NCBI GenBank assembly: GCA_027320085.1
Contig: DAHVLZ010000042.1
Span: forward strand, 31,319-95,318
Reading direction: 5' to 3'
Origin: Pseudomonadota bacterium
GTDB lineage: Bacteria; Pseudomonadota; Gammaproteobacteria; JAKAQQ01
Length of the DNA stretch: 64,000 bases
Part shown: positions 48,331 through 58,926 of the stretch, piece after piece
How positions within the stretch are numbered: the stretch's first letter is position 1
Layout of the letters: the number at the start of each line of letters is the position of its first letter
Translations under genes and position numbers: made by a program
Notes under the pieces: model-generated
The model's database searches: none
What the model saw: only the letters and a program-made list of their open reading frames with translations
What the model was told of the DNA's origin: nothing

Positions 48331-49193
48331 AGTATCTGTCGAGAGTGACACTCGTCGCCCTGCTCGGTGGTGCCGTCCTCATCGGGTGGGGGAGCTACTT
48401 CCTTTATCCTTGGCAAGTGGCGGTGATCAAGGGGATGAACGGATCCCTTCAATTGGTGACCCAGACCGGATGGCACTGGCACTGGCCACTGCTCGAGTCG
48501 ATCCATCGGATGGACCGGCGTCGACAGGTTTATATGAGCCCCCTGATTCCGTGGCCGGGTTCAGGCAAGTCCAAGGTCCTCGCCCGTTTTCTGGTCTCTT
48601 GGCAGATCAGTGACCCGGAACGGTATGAACAACGGGTGGACAGAGAAGCTTCTGCGATGGCCAAAATCCTTGCGGAGCTGAAAGTCGCCCTGAAAACATC
48701 CAGTCGTTCGGTTCACGCGGTGAATGACCCCGTCTCCTTGCCGTCAGTCCGACCCGATTCCCTGAATGCGACCCTGTCGCAGGATGGAATACGGATAAGC
48801 CGCCTCCAGTGCGTGGGCCTGCAACCGACGGCTCACCAAGCGGTGATTCGCGAAGGGCGCGCGGCAAGGAAATGGCAGATTGCCCTGACCCGGTTGAAGA
48901 AAATGCTTCGCGAGAAGCTGGCCCGGATCCGGGCATCTTACGAGAAGCGACGAATGGCGGATCGACTCCGGGAGGCGGTGCGAGTGGGGCGCACCATGGC
49001 GAGGGGGTTGTCCAAAGTGGCGCTCATTGAAGCACCAGCCCGCCGGATGGACCCTGGGTTCTACGATTTTCTGGTTCGATATGAGAATGAGCGGGAGGCC
49101 ATGGGAAGCGGGAACAAGAATCCGCGTACAGGGACCGTTCAGGCCCCGACGCGGAAGGAACCCCCACCTCCAGACCGGTTGGGGGCAAAATGA
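48327..49193 (+). CDS. hflC: Highly divergent HflC
   Basis: N-terminal TM helix, G-HW-WP...DRR, W-ISDP--Y, DPGFYDF; ATGA overlap with hflK. Confidence 0.72.
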   Translation: MKYLSRVTLVALLGGAVLIGWGSYFLYPWQVAVIKGMNGSLQLVTQTGWHWHWPLLESIHRMDRRRQVYMSPLIPWPGSGKSKVLARFLVSWQISDPERYEQRVDREASAMAKILAELKVALKTSSRSVHAVNDPVSLPSVRPDSLNATLSQDGIRISRLQCVGLQPTAHQAVIREGRAARKWQIALTRLKKMLREKLARIRASYEKRRMADRLREAVRVGRTMARGLSKVALIEAPARRMDPGFYDFLVRYENEREAMGSGNKNPRTGTVQAPTRKEPPPPDRLGAK

Positions 49194-50549
<1,356 letters not shown>

Positions 50550-50589
50550 GGACCGGGTCTCGCGATTCCCGGTGCCCGGGTTCCCTATC

Positions 50590-50674
50590 TGGTGCCGGGG
50601 AGAGGACTCGAACCTCCACGGATTGCTCCACTGGTACCTGAAACCAGCGCGTCTACCAATTCCGCCACCTCGGC
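50590..50674 (-). tRNA. tRNA-Leu(CAG)
   Basis: GCCGAGGTGGCGGAATTGGTAGACGCG, CTGGT-TTCAGGT-ACCAG anticodon arm, long variable arm, GGTTCGAGTCC, CCA; upstream TTGACC-18-TATATT on the minus strand. Confidence 0.96.
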
Positions 50675-50733
50675 TCGTTGTGCAATATAGCCGAGATGGT
50701 ACCGAGCGGTCAACGTAACTTCCCCATGTCCAC

Positions 50734-52908
50734 ATGATCCATTCCGCCTCCTCTCCATTGCCCATTTGGCCAGACCAGGACCCGCTGTTTGAGCGCGAAC
50801 GACGACAGTATGCCAAACCCTTGCCCAGTCGCCTCTTTCTCTCTCAATGGTTTGAGGCCTTGGGGCAACCGGCGGATCGTGAGACCCTGATCAAGACTTT
50901 TGGGCTTGAGGATTCGGATCTTGTTCAGGGCTTGGAGCGTCGACTTCAAGCCATGCGACGGGACGGTGAACTGATCCAGAATCGCCGGGACCAGTGGTGC
51001 CTTGTGCGAGTTCTCCCGATCATCACGGGACGGGTTCGTGCGGAGCGTGACGGTTTTGGATATCTCGAACCTCAGCAGGGCGGTGAACGGATTCCCATTC
51101 CACCTGCTGAGATGGCGACACTGATGGACGGCGACCGGATCCAGGCGAGGATTGCCCTGGATTCCCAGGGACTGCCCTCGGCCCGGCTGATTGAAGTCAT
51201 CGAGAGGGCCCACACCGTCGTATGCGGCCGCTACTTCGTGCAGCGAAATGTCGGTTTTGTGACGCCGTACCATCCTCGACTCTTTACGGATTTCGTGGTT
51301 TCTCCTGATGATCGGCAGATCCTGCACGAGGGTGATTTTGTAAAGGTCACGATTCTCGAGTATCCGAGAAGGGGACAGTCGGCGGTTGTACAAGTTGTTG
51401 AAATCATGGGGCAACAGGAATCTCCCCGACTCGGTCAGGATCTGGTCGTGACCAGTTTTTCGCTACCCCTGGAGTGGCCTGCCGATGTTCTGGCCGAATT
51501 GGAGGCACTTGAGTCACCCCATCCCCCCTATGGGAGCGAACGACGAGACCTCCGCCATCTTCCGCTGGTGACTATTGATGGGGAAGATGCACGGGATTTC
51601 GACGACGCTGTTTTTGCCGAGCAGATCGCGGGAGGGGGGTACCGGCTGATTGTGGCCATTGCCGATGTTTCCGAATATGTGCGTCCGGGGTCGGCGCTGG
51701 ATCGGGAAGCCCTTCGTCGTGGCACGTCGGTTTATTTTCCGGATCGGGTGATTCCCATGTTGCCCGAGCGTCTGTCCAATGATCTCTGTTCCCTGCGGCC
51801 TGGCGAGGACCGCTGGGCCTATGTCGCTGACCTCGAACTCTCGGAGAAAGGAGAGCCGCGGCGCACCCATTTTTACCCAGCAGTCATTCATTCCCATGCG
51901 CGTCTGACCTACCAGGAAGTGGCCTCTGCCATGGAAAAGGGGGATCCTGAGGCTCGACGTCGTCTGGACGCTATCCTTGGGCCGCTTCAGGTTCTTTACG
52001 CGCTCTATGAACGGCTGCGTCGGGCACGACAAAGAAGAGGGGCCATCGACTTCGAAAGCCATGAACCCCGGATTATCTTTGACTCAGAAGGTCAAGTCGA
52101 GGGCATTGAACTTGCAAGGCGCCTGCATGCGCATCGACTGATCGAAGAATGCATGATTCTGGCCAATGCGGAAGTTGCGCGTCGACTGGAGCACGAGAAG
52201 GCAGATGTGCTCTACCGGGTTCATTCCCCACCGACTGTAGACCGTCTGTCTGACCTTCGCGTCGCGCTGGGCGTGTGGGGATTGGCATTGGGTGGGGGCC
52301 ATCATCCCGAGCCCCGGGACTTTGTCCGATTGCTTCATCAGGTCAGAAACAGACCTGAACAGAGAGTCATTGAGATGTTGCTGTTGCGCACCCTTTCCCG
52401 CGCCAGCTATGACCCCTCGCCTCGTGGTCATTTCGGCTTGGCTTTGCGCCACTATTGCCATTTTACGTCGCCCATCCGGCGTTATCCGGATCTTCTTGTT
52501 CACCGGGGGCTCCGGAAACTGGATGTTCCGGGAATTGACTGGCCATCCCTGGCCGTGCACTGTTCCTACACGGAACGGAGGGCGGATGAGGCGTCACGGG
52601 CGGCTCTGCAGTGGTCTCAGTTGAGCTACCTCAGCCGACAGGTCGGCCAGTCCTTCGACGGCCTTGTCACGGGCGTTGCCGGTTTTGGATTATTCGTCGA
52701 ACTGGAACGTTTCCTGGTTTCCGGATTGCTGCATATTTCCAATCTGCCGGATGATTACTATCACCACGAACCCAAGCAAGGCAACCTGACGGGTGAACAC
52801 CGGGGACAAGTCTTTGCATTGGGTGACCGCTTGCGGGTCAAGATTCTGAAGATTGATCTGGAGGAGGGCAAACTCGATCTGGGGTTTGTCGAACGCCTGG
52901 GGAGTTGA
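50734..52908 (+). CDS. rnr: Ribonuclease R
   Basis: TIDGEDARDFDDA, RGTSVYFP, LIEECMILAN, HFTSPIRRYPDL, S1 domain; precedes rlmB. Confidence 0.95.
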   Translation: MIHSASSPLPIWPDQDPLFERERRQYAKPLPSRLFLSQWFEALGQPADRETLIKTFGLEDSDLVQGLERRLQAMRRDGELIQNRRDQWCLVRVLPIITGRVRAERDGFGYLEPQQGGERIPIPPAEMATLMDGDRIQARIALDSQGLPSARLIEVIERAHTVVCGRYFVQRNVGFVTPYHPRLFTDFVVSPDDRQILHEGDFVKVTILEYPRRGQSAVVQVVEIMGQQESPRLGQDLVVTSFSLPLEWPADVLAELEALESPHPPYGSERRDLRHLPLVTIDGEDARDFDDAVFAEQIAGGGYRLIVAIADVSEYVRPGSALDREALRRGTSVYFPDRVIPMLPERLSNDLCSLRPGEDRWAYVADLELSEKGEPRRTHFYPAVIHSHARLTYQEVASAMEKGDPEARRRLDAILGPLQVLYALYERLRRARQRRGAIDFESHEPRIIFDSEGQVEGIELARRLHAHRLIEECMILANAEVARRLEHEKADVLYRVHSPPTVDRLSDLRVALGVWGLALGGGHHPEPRDFVRLLHQVRNRPEQRVIEMLLLRTLSRASYDPSPRGHFGLALRHYCHFTSPIRRYPDLLVHRGLRKLDVPGIDWPSLAVHCSYTERRADEASRAALQWSQLSYLSRQVGQSFDGLVTGVAGFGLFVELERFLVSGLLHISNLPDDYYHHEPKQGNLTGEHRGQVFALGDRLRVKILKIDLEEGKLDLGFVERLGS

Positions 52909-53711
52909 GCTTGGTGGACAGGATCTATGGGCTCCATGCCGTGGAAGCCGCGTGGACAGGGGGGCGTCCCCTGGAACGGCTTTACGTGCAAAAGGGCAGC
53001 CGGAACCGGCGGGTGCAGGCCTTGCGGGAGATGCTGGAGCACGCTGGAATACCGATTTGCGAGGTGGATCGTACCGTGATTGACCGGCTGGCCCAGGAGG
53101 GGATCCATCAGGGGATTGTGGCCGAGGTCGGATCGGCCCGGGGATACGGTCCCGTGACCCGGGGAGAAGAGGTCGAGACGTGGTTCGATGCGCCCGACCG
53201 TTATCGGCTGCTTTTGGCCTTGGATGGAATCCAGGACCCCCGTAACTTGGGCGCCTGCCTTCGTTCCGCGGCCGCATTCGGAGTTTCGGGGGTTGTCCTG
53301 CCTCGCCACCGGTCTGCCCCCCTCAATGCCACCGCGATCAAAAGCGCCTCCGGGGGAGCGGACCAGGTGCCCTGCCGGATTGTCCCGAATCTGGTGCGCT
53401 TCCTGGAGCAGGCCCGGAGATCGGGTTTCTGGATTTTGGGTTTGGATCACGGAGGGGGGCAAAACTTGAATGACTGGTCATTTGACCGGCCAACCGTGCT
53501 GGTTGCCGGTGGAGAAGGAGCCGGAATCAAGCGTCTCACGAAGGAGGCGTGTGACGAGATTCTGAGAATTCCCATGTCACCCGGGATGCAAAGCCTCAAT
53601 GTTTCCGTGGCCGTGGCTATCGCACTTTACGAAATCGGCCGGCAGAACGCTTTCCGGGAACCGGGAGATTGCCACGGCAATGGTAAAAGAGGAGCTCAGG
53701 AACAAGCTTGA
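52905..53711 (+). CDS. rlmB: 23S rRNA G2251 2'-O-methyltransferase
   Basis: IYGLHAV, HQGIVA, DPRNLGACLRSA, GEGAG, SLNVSVA. Confidence 0.93.
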   Translation: MSLVDRIYGLHAVEAAWTGGRPLERLYVQKGSRNRRVQALREMLEHAGIPICEVDRTVIDRLAQEGIHQGIVAEVGSARGYGPVTRGEEVETWFDAPDRYRLLLALDGIQDPRNLGACLRSAAAFGVSGVVLPRHRSAPLNATAIKSASGGADQVPCRIVPNLVRFLEQARRSGFWILGLDHGGGQNLNDWSFDRPTVLVAGGEGAGIKRLTKEACDEILRIPMSPGMQSLNVSVAVAIALYEIGRQNAFREPGDCHGNGKRGAQEQA

Positions 53712-53917
53712 GTAGACGATTCCTTGTTCTTGTTTCAGGTTCGGGGTTACAGACAGGTTTTGCGTTCACTGACCCCTATTCTGCTTTTGGGGCGTACTGT
53801 TATCCTCATGTGGTTATTCAGAATCTTTGGTGAGTGTGGGTGGGGCTATTCCGTTAATCGATTAAATGCTTCGTCACATGCCGCCCCGAGTGCCAAGGGT
53901 TCGACCCATACAGGAAG

Positions 53918-53946
53918 TTGACCTTCGAGGGGTTCTCCGTTACACT
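53918..53946 (+). promoter_or_regulatory. Sigma70 promoter of the rpsF operon
   Basis: TTGACC, 17 bp spacer, TACACT. Confidence 0.75.
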
Positions 53947-54000
53947 TAACCGCATTATATTCAGGCCCACCTGAATCAGCGTGGCCTGACCCGTGAACCC

Positions 54001-54038
54001 ACTCCTTGCCCCCAACGGGGCCTTCGTCCGTAAGGAGG
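54001..54038 (+). promoter_or_regulatory. S6:S18-type autoregulatory leader
   Basis: CTCCTTGC (54002-09) pairs with GTAAGGAG (54030-37), sequestering the SD; CCG at 54028-30 as in the known S6:S18 motif. Confidence 0.7.
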
Positions 54039-54046
54039 ACATGACC

Positions 54047-54574
54047 TTGAAGCGTCATTACGAAGTGGTTTTCCTGGTCCATCCCGACCAGAGTGAACAA
54101 GTCCCCGGCATGTTGCAACGCTACCGTACGCTGGTCGAATCCGGCAGTGGGGTGGTTCACCGCTCGGAAGACTGGGGGCGCCGGCAACTGGCTTATACCA
54201 TCCATAAGCTCCACAAAGCGCATTACGCGCTGATGAATATCGAGTGTGATGCCGCAACGTTGGCCGCTTTGCAGGAAGCTTTTCGCTTTAACGACGTGGT
54301 TTTGAGACACCTGATCGTCCGACGCGATGCCGCTCAGGTCGAACCCACCGCGTTGCTCAGAGATCGAGAGGAAAAAGACGCCCGTGAACGCGAGCAGCTC
54401 GAACAGGAAATGCTTGCACGCACGGCCGCTGCCAATGCGGATGAGCCGAATGCCGAAACCGGGGAACCTGAAAGTGCAGAGGAGGACCTGAGTTTGCCGG
54501 CAGAAGGGGAAGAGGAGGACCTGAATGGAGAAACGGACACGGATCTGACCAGCCCCAATGGGTCCGTCGACTGA
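54047..54574 (+). CDS. rpsF: 30S ribosomal protein S6 with long acidic tail (TTG 54047 or ATG 54041)
   Basis: [39 protein letters not shown]. Confidence 0.97.
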   Translation: MKRHYEVVFLVHPDQSEQVPGMLQRYRTLVESGSGVVHRSEDWGRRQLAYTIHKLHKAHYALMNIECDAATLAALQEAFRFNDVVLRHLIVRRDAAQVEPTALLRDREEKDAREREQLEQEMLARTAAANADEPNAETGEPESAEEDLSLPAEGEEEDLNGETDTDLTSPNGSVD

Positions 54575-54593
54575 ATTTTAGAGGAGAAAGAAC

Positions 54594-54815
54594 ATGCCGC
54601 AGTATTACCGTCGCAGACGTTTTTCCAGGCCCACCCTGGAGCACGCGGAAATCGACTACAAAGATCTTCAGGCGCTGCGAAACTACGTGACTGAAACCGG
54701 AAAGATCATCCCGAGCCGACTGACGGGTTCGTCCAGCAAGTTCCAGCGCCAGTTGACCCTGGCAGTCAAACGGGCCCGTTATCTGGCACTTCTGCCCTAC
54801 ACGGACCGGCATTGA
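54594..54815 (+). CDS. rpsR: 30S ribosomal protein S18
   Basis: [34 protein letters not shown]. Confidence 0.97.
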   Translation: MPQYYRRRRFSRPTLEHAEIDYKDLQALRNYVTETGKIIPSRLTGSSSKFQRQLTLAVKRARYLALLPYTDRH

Positions 54816-54897
54816 CCCTTCGTCCACACCATTCCTGTGTGCGGATTCCCGCCTCCGGCGGCCGGGTGACCTTTTGTTCTCGACCCGTGGCCCAGTC

Positions 54898-55857
54898 ATG
54901 CTGAACCGCTTCAGCGAGTGGATCTCGGAACACGACTTTGCGGCCGCTCTTTTTGCGGATCTGGCTGTTCTCTCGGCGGTTTTTACTCTTTTGGCGGGAC
55001 TGGTGCTTGCCCTGGTGACCCTGCGGAAGGGGTTTTGGGCCGGTTGCCGTGTCATGGCTTATGCCATTCTGATTCTGACCGGACTGATCGCTCTCGAGCT
55101 CACGGCCCCCACGGCCAAACCCGGCCTGTCCACCGCAGGTCTCTTTTCCCTGATTGAACTGACCGGGTTCTGGATAGTGCTGGTTTTGCTGGCTTCTCTC
55201 ATCAGATCCGGCCGCTCCCTGTCTTTGGTGGTTGAAATCGCGTCGATGCTGGGTCTGGCCGGTGTCCTTGTATTTCGGGCACTGGTCCCGAACCCCAAGC
55301 AGTACTGGTCCCACTGGTTCCAAGAATCCATGGGCCACTATTTTGCGCACCAGCCGGTTTATCTGGCCCTGGGTCGTATGATGGCGGCCCATGCGCCCTG
55401 GTTGATCGGAAGTTTTGCTGCTGTTTTTGTATTGGTTATTTCCTTGTTACTGCTGGCTGCCCGCTGGCTGCAGATGCGTCTTGAGCAGCCCGGCCGGTTT
55501 GGTGATGAGTTCCGAAGCTTTCGCTGTGGATATGCAGCCTCGTTTCTCTTTGCCCTGGTCGTGATCGTGGCGGCAGTGGCCCGATCTGATCTGTTCGACA
55601 ATTTCTCGTTTGTGCTTGCGGTCATGTTCATTTATCAGGGTCTCGCGGTCTTGCAGCGCTGGGTGAAGTTGTATCCAAGACTGGCTTGGGGACGGCTTTT
55701 GGTCTACGTGCTCCTGGTTTCAAGTTTTTTTGGTTCGGTTCTGGGTCCTCCGGTTTCCATACTCGCCCTATTGGGCGAAAACCTCTGGGTTGTGCTGATG
55801 CTCGTCGGTTTCTTTGATAATTTTTTCCCCCGCCGTCTCCCGAGCGCGGTCGCTTGA
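54898..55857 (+). CDS. DUF2232/YybS-like integral membrane protein
   Basis: Many TM helices; LVTLRKG, ARWLQ-L-PG-F--EF-SFR, QGLAV; conserved position between rpsR and rplI. Confidence 0.8.
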   Translation: MLNRFSEWISEHDFAAALFADLAVLSAVFTLLAGLVLALVTLRKGFWAGCRVMAYAILILTGLIALELTAPTAKPGLSTAGLFSLIELTGFWIVLVLLASLIRSGRSLSLVVEIASMLGLAGVLVFRALVPNPKQYWSHWFQESMGHYFAHQPVYLALGRMMAAHAPWLIGSFAAVFVLVISLLLLAARWLQMRLEQPGRFGDEFRSFRCGYAASFLFALVVIVAAVARSDLFDNFSFVLAVMFIYQGLAVLQRWVKLYPRLAWGRLLVYVLLVSSFFGSVLGPPVSILALLGENLWVVLMLVGFFDNFFPRRLPSAVA

Positions 55858-55923
55858 ATCGGGTGTTCAGGTCCGGGTGATCAGGGATCAATTGTCTGTG
55901 TTTTAGATTTTGAGGAAGATACC

Positions 55924-56376
55924 ATGCAGATCGTATTGCTTGAAAAAGTCGAGAACCTGGGCGACATTGGCGAACAGGTCAATGTCCGTCCCGGTTATGC
56001 CCGGAATTTTCTGATTCCCCAACGCAAAGCGCTACCGCTGACGCCCGCGAACGTCCGTAAGATTGAAGAACGAAGGGCTGAACTGGAAGCTGAAGCCACT
56101 CGTCAGCTTGAAGACGCGAAAGCGCGTCACGAAAAACTGAATGGACAAGTTCTGGTCATCCAGGCGAAGGCGGGACCGGAAGGACGGCTTTTCGGGTCAA
56201 TCGGGCCACAGGACGTGGTCGAGCAGATCCAGGCCGTGTTGGGGATTCAGCTGGAACGCCGCCATGTTCGGATGCCAAATGGTCCGGTTCGAGAACTCGG
56301 GGATGAGCAGTTGACCATTCACCTGCATACTGATGTGGAAGCAACTCTCACGCTCCGGGTCGAATCCGAGCCTTAG
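55924..56376 (+). CDS. rplI: 50S ribosomal protein L9
   Basis: LLEKVENLG-IG, PGYARNFLIP, GRLFGSIG. Confidence 0.97.
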   Translation: MQIVLLEKVENLGDIGEQVNVRPGYARNFLIPQRKALPLTPANVRKIEERRAELEAEATRQLEDAKARHEKLNGQVLVIQAKAGPEGRLFGSIGPQDVVEQIQAVLGIQLERRHVRMPNGPVRELGDEQLTIHLHTDVEATLTLRVESEP

Positions 56377-56385
56377 CCGACGTCG

Positions 56386-57759
56386 ATGACATTCGACCGG
56401 CCTCCTGCTTCTGCCGGGCTTCGGATCCAGGGACCCCCGCACTCGGACGAGGCCGAACAGGCGTTTCTGGGGGGGCTGATCCTCGATAACACGATGTGGC
56501 CAGAGGTCTCGGACATCGTCCGTTCTGAAGATTTCTACCGGAACGACCACCGGACCCTGTTTGACTCGATGCTGGCGCTTTTCCAGGCCAGAAAACCCGT
56601 GGATCTCGTGACCTTAACGGACCAGTTGTCGCAAACCGGCCATCTGGAGGAAGCAGGAGGGACTGCCTACCTGGTTCAACTGCTTCACGATACGCCGACG
56701 GCTGCCAATACGCTGGCCTATGCCACCATCATCCGAGAACAGTCCCTGCTTCGGCAGCTGATCCGTGCCGGTAGTGAAATTACCGAGCAGGCCATGCGCC
56801 CGGAGGGGCGGAGCTTGGAGGAAGTCTTGGATGATGCAGAATCGCGCATTTTTCGCTTGTCTGATGAGCGCTTTCGTGGACGGGACAGCTTCGTCGACCT
56901 GACCCAGGTAATCAACCAAACGATCGACCGGATTGATACGCTCTACCATACCAAAAAGACCATTACCGGAATCGCGACCGGTCTTTCCGAATTCGATCGC
57001 ATGACATCGGGCCTTCAGAACGGTGATCTCGTCGTGGTGGCAGGGCGGCCTTCAAGCGGGAAAACCAGTTTTGCGCTGAATATTGCTGAACATGCGGCCA
57101 TCAAATACCAGATTCCGACCGCGATTTTCAGCATGGAAATGTCTGCGGAACAGTTGGTGTTCCGTTTTCTTTCCTCCCTGGGTCGGGTCGACCAGTCCCA
57201 TCTGCGGACGGGCAAGCTGGAGGAAAGCGATTGGCCGAGGCTTACGGCGACGGTGCAGCTTTTGACGGGAACCCCCCTGTTTATCGATGACATGCCCGGC
57301 CTTACGCCGACGGAAATCCGCGCTCGGGCGAGACGACTCAAGCAGCGCCAGGGGCTGGGGCTCATCATCGTGGACTATCTCCAGCTCATGCGGACGGCCC
57401 GGGTCATCGAGAACCGGACGATGGAAATTTCAGAGATCTCCCGGGATCTCAAGGCGCTGGCGCGGGAACTCAACATTCCGGTAATTGCCATTTCTCAGCT
57501 CAACCGTAATCTGGAACAACGCCCCAACAAACGTCCCGTGATGTCGGACCTGCGGGATTCCGGCACCATCGAGCAGGATGCTGATCTCATCGCGTTCATC
57601 TATAGGGACGAAATGTACAACCGGGAATCGACGGACCAGGGAATAGCGGAAGTCATCATCGGCAAACACCGCAACGGGCCGATCGGCGAAGTTCGGATGG
57701 CTTTTCTCGCACCGTATACCCGTTTTGAAAACCTGGCCGACGAGTCCCGGTATGGGTGA
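56386..57759 (+). CDS. dnaB: Replicative helicase DnaB (no intein)
   Basis: PPHS-EAEQ, GRPSSGKT, FSMEM, VDYLQLM, SQLNR, SDLRDSG-IEQDAD, KHRNGP. Confidence 0.98.
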   Translation: MTFDRPPASAGLRIQGPPHSDEAEQAFLGGLILDNTMWPEVSDIVRSEDFYRNDHRTLFDSMLALFQARKPVDLVTLTDQLSQTGHLEEAGGTAYLVQLLHDTPTAANTLAYATIIREQSLLRQLIRAGSEITEQAMRPEGRSLEEVLDDAESRIFRLSDERFRGRDSFVDLTQVINQTIDRIDTLYHTKKTITGIATGLSEFDRMTSGLQNGDLVVVAGRPSSGKTSFALNIAEHAAIKYQIPTAIFSMEMSAEQLVFRFLSSLGRVDQSHLRTGKLEESDWPRLTATVQLLTGTPLFIDDMPGLTPTEIRARARRLKQRQGLGLIIVDYLQLMRTARVIENRTMEISEISRDLKALARELNIPVIAISQLNRNLEQRPNKRPVMSDLRDSGTIEQDADLIAFIYRDEMYNRESTDQGIAEVIIGKHRNGPIGEVRMAFLAPYTRFENLADESRYG

Positions 57760-57795
57760 GTCCCCCGGTCTTCGGTTTTTCGCAGACGGGGTTCC

Positions 57796-58926
57796 GTGAG
57801 CCGTCCGATCTGTGCCCGTATTGATTTCAAGGCCCTGCGTCATAATCTGAGCGTGGTCCGGAATCTTGCTCCACAGTCCCGTATCTGGGCCGTCATCAAG
57901 GCAAACGGATATGGGCATGGTCTTCTGCCTGTGGCTCGTGCCCTCTCTGATGTAGAGGGTTTTGCTGTCTCTTCCCTTGAAGAAGGGCTGTGCCTGCGGG
58001 AAGGTGGAATCCAGGCGAGCGTGATGGTCCTGGAGGGGGTGTTCAGCCGTGAGGAAGTTTCCCAGGCCAGACAAGCCAACCTGGAGCTCGTGGTGCATTC
58101 CGAGTTGGTGCTCGAGTATTTGGAGGCTGCCCAGGAGATCACGGATTGGCCCCGCCTCTGGCTGAAAATCGATACGGGCATGAACCGTTTGGGTTTTTCT
58201 CCTTCCGGTGTTCGGTCCATATACCCCCGTCTCCGTTCACTCAGTCGCGAACCTCCCGGTCTCATGACCCACCTGGCCATGGCAGACCGCCCTGATGATC
58301 CGATGACCCAGGCCCAGATCAACCGGTTTGACGAGTCGATACGCGGGCTCCCGGGTCATCGAAGCCTGTCCAATTCGGCGGCGATCCTCAATTTTCCGCA
58401 GGCAGCAGCCGATTGGATCAGGCCCGGACTGATGCTGTTCGGGGTGTCACCGCTCGAATCCGTCCCGGCGGAGGCACTCGGACTTGAACCCGTGATGACC
58501 CTGTCGACCGTGCTGATGGCCGTCAAGCCCGTCAAGCCGGGCGATACCGTGGGATATGGTGCAACATGGCAGGCCCGACAGGGTGGCTGGATTGGGATTG
58601 CCGCCGCGGGGTACGGTGACGGGTATCCCTATCACGCGCCTCAAGGCACTCCCGTCCGGGTGGGGGAGGGGATTTGTCCGCTGATTGGTCGGGTTTCTAT
58701 GGATATGATTGCCGTCGACCTCGGCTCGGAACCGCGACCGGTTGGGACACCAGTCGTACTTTGGGGGAAGGGGCTGCCCGTTGAGCAGGTCGCGCGCTGT
58801 TCTGGAACCATTCCCTATGAGCTTTTGTGCGGGGTTGCCCAACGGGTTCGCCATGAATGGCAGGGTTCGCCGGTCCCCGCGGCACAGGTTGGCGATGCCA
58901 CGAGCTGCTGCACCCTATCGCTGTGA
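57796..58926 (+). CDS. alr: Alanine racemase
   Basis: AVIKANGYGHG, KIDTGMNRLG, RPGLMLFG, GYGDGY, GRVSMDM, TIPYEL. Confidence 0.96.
   Translation: MSRPICARIDFKALRHNLSVVRNLAPQSRIWAVIKANGYGHGLLPVARALSDVEGFAVSSLEEGLCLREGGIQASVMVLEGVFSREEVSQARQANLELVVHSELVLEYLEAAQEITDWPRLWLKIDTGMNRLGFSPSGVRSIYPRLRSLSREPPGLMTHLAMADRPDDPMTQAQINRFDESIRGLPGHRSLSNSAAILNFPQAAADWIRPGLMLFGVSPLESVPAEALGLEPVMTLSTVLMAVKPVKPGDTVGYGATWQARQGGWIGIAAAGYGDGYPYHAPQGTPVRVGEGICPLIGRVSMDMIAVDLGSEPRPVGTPVVLWGKGLPVEQVARCSGTIPYELLCGVAQRVRHEWQGSPVPAAQVGDATSCCTLSL

Noticed and set aside
50590-50674. A5-C68 mismatch in the tRNA-Leu acceptor stem
   Set aside because: Acceptor-stem mismatches of this kind occur in functional tRNA-Leu genes; no sign of pseudogenisation or an att scar
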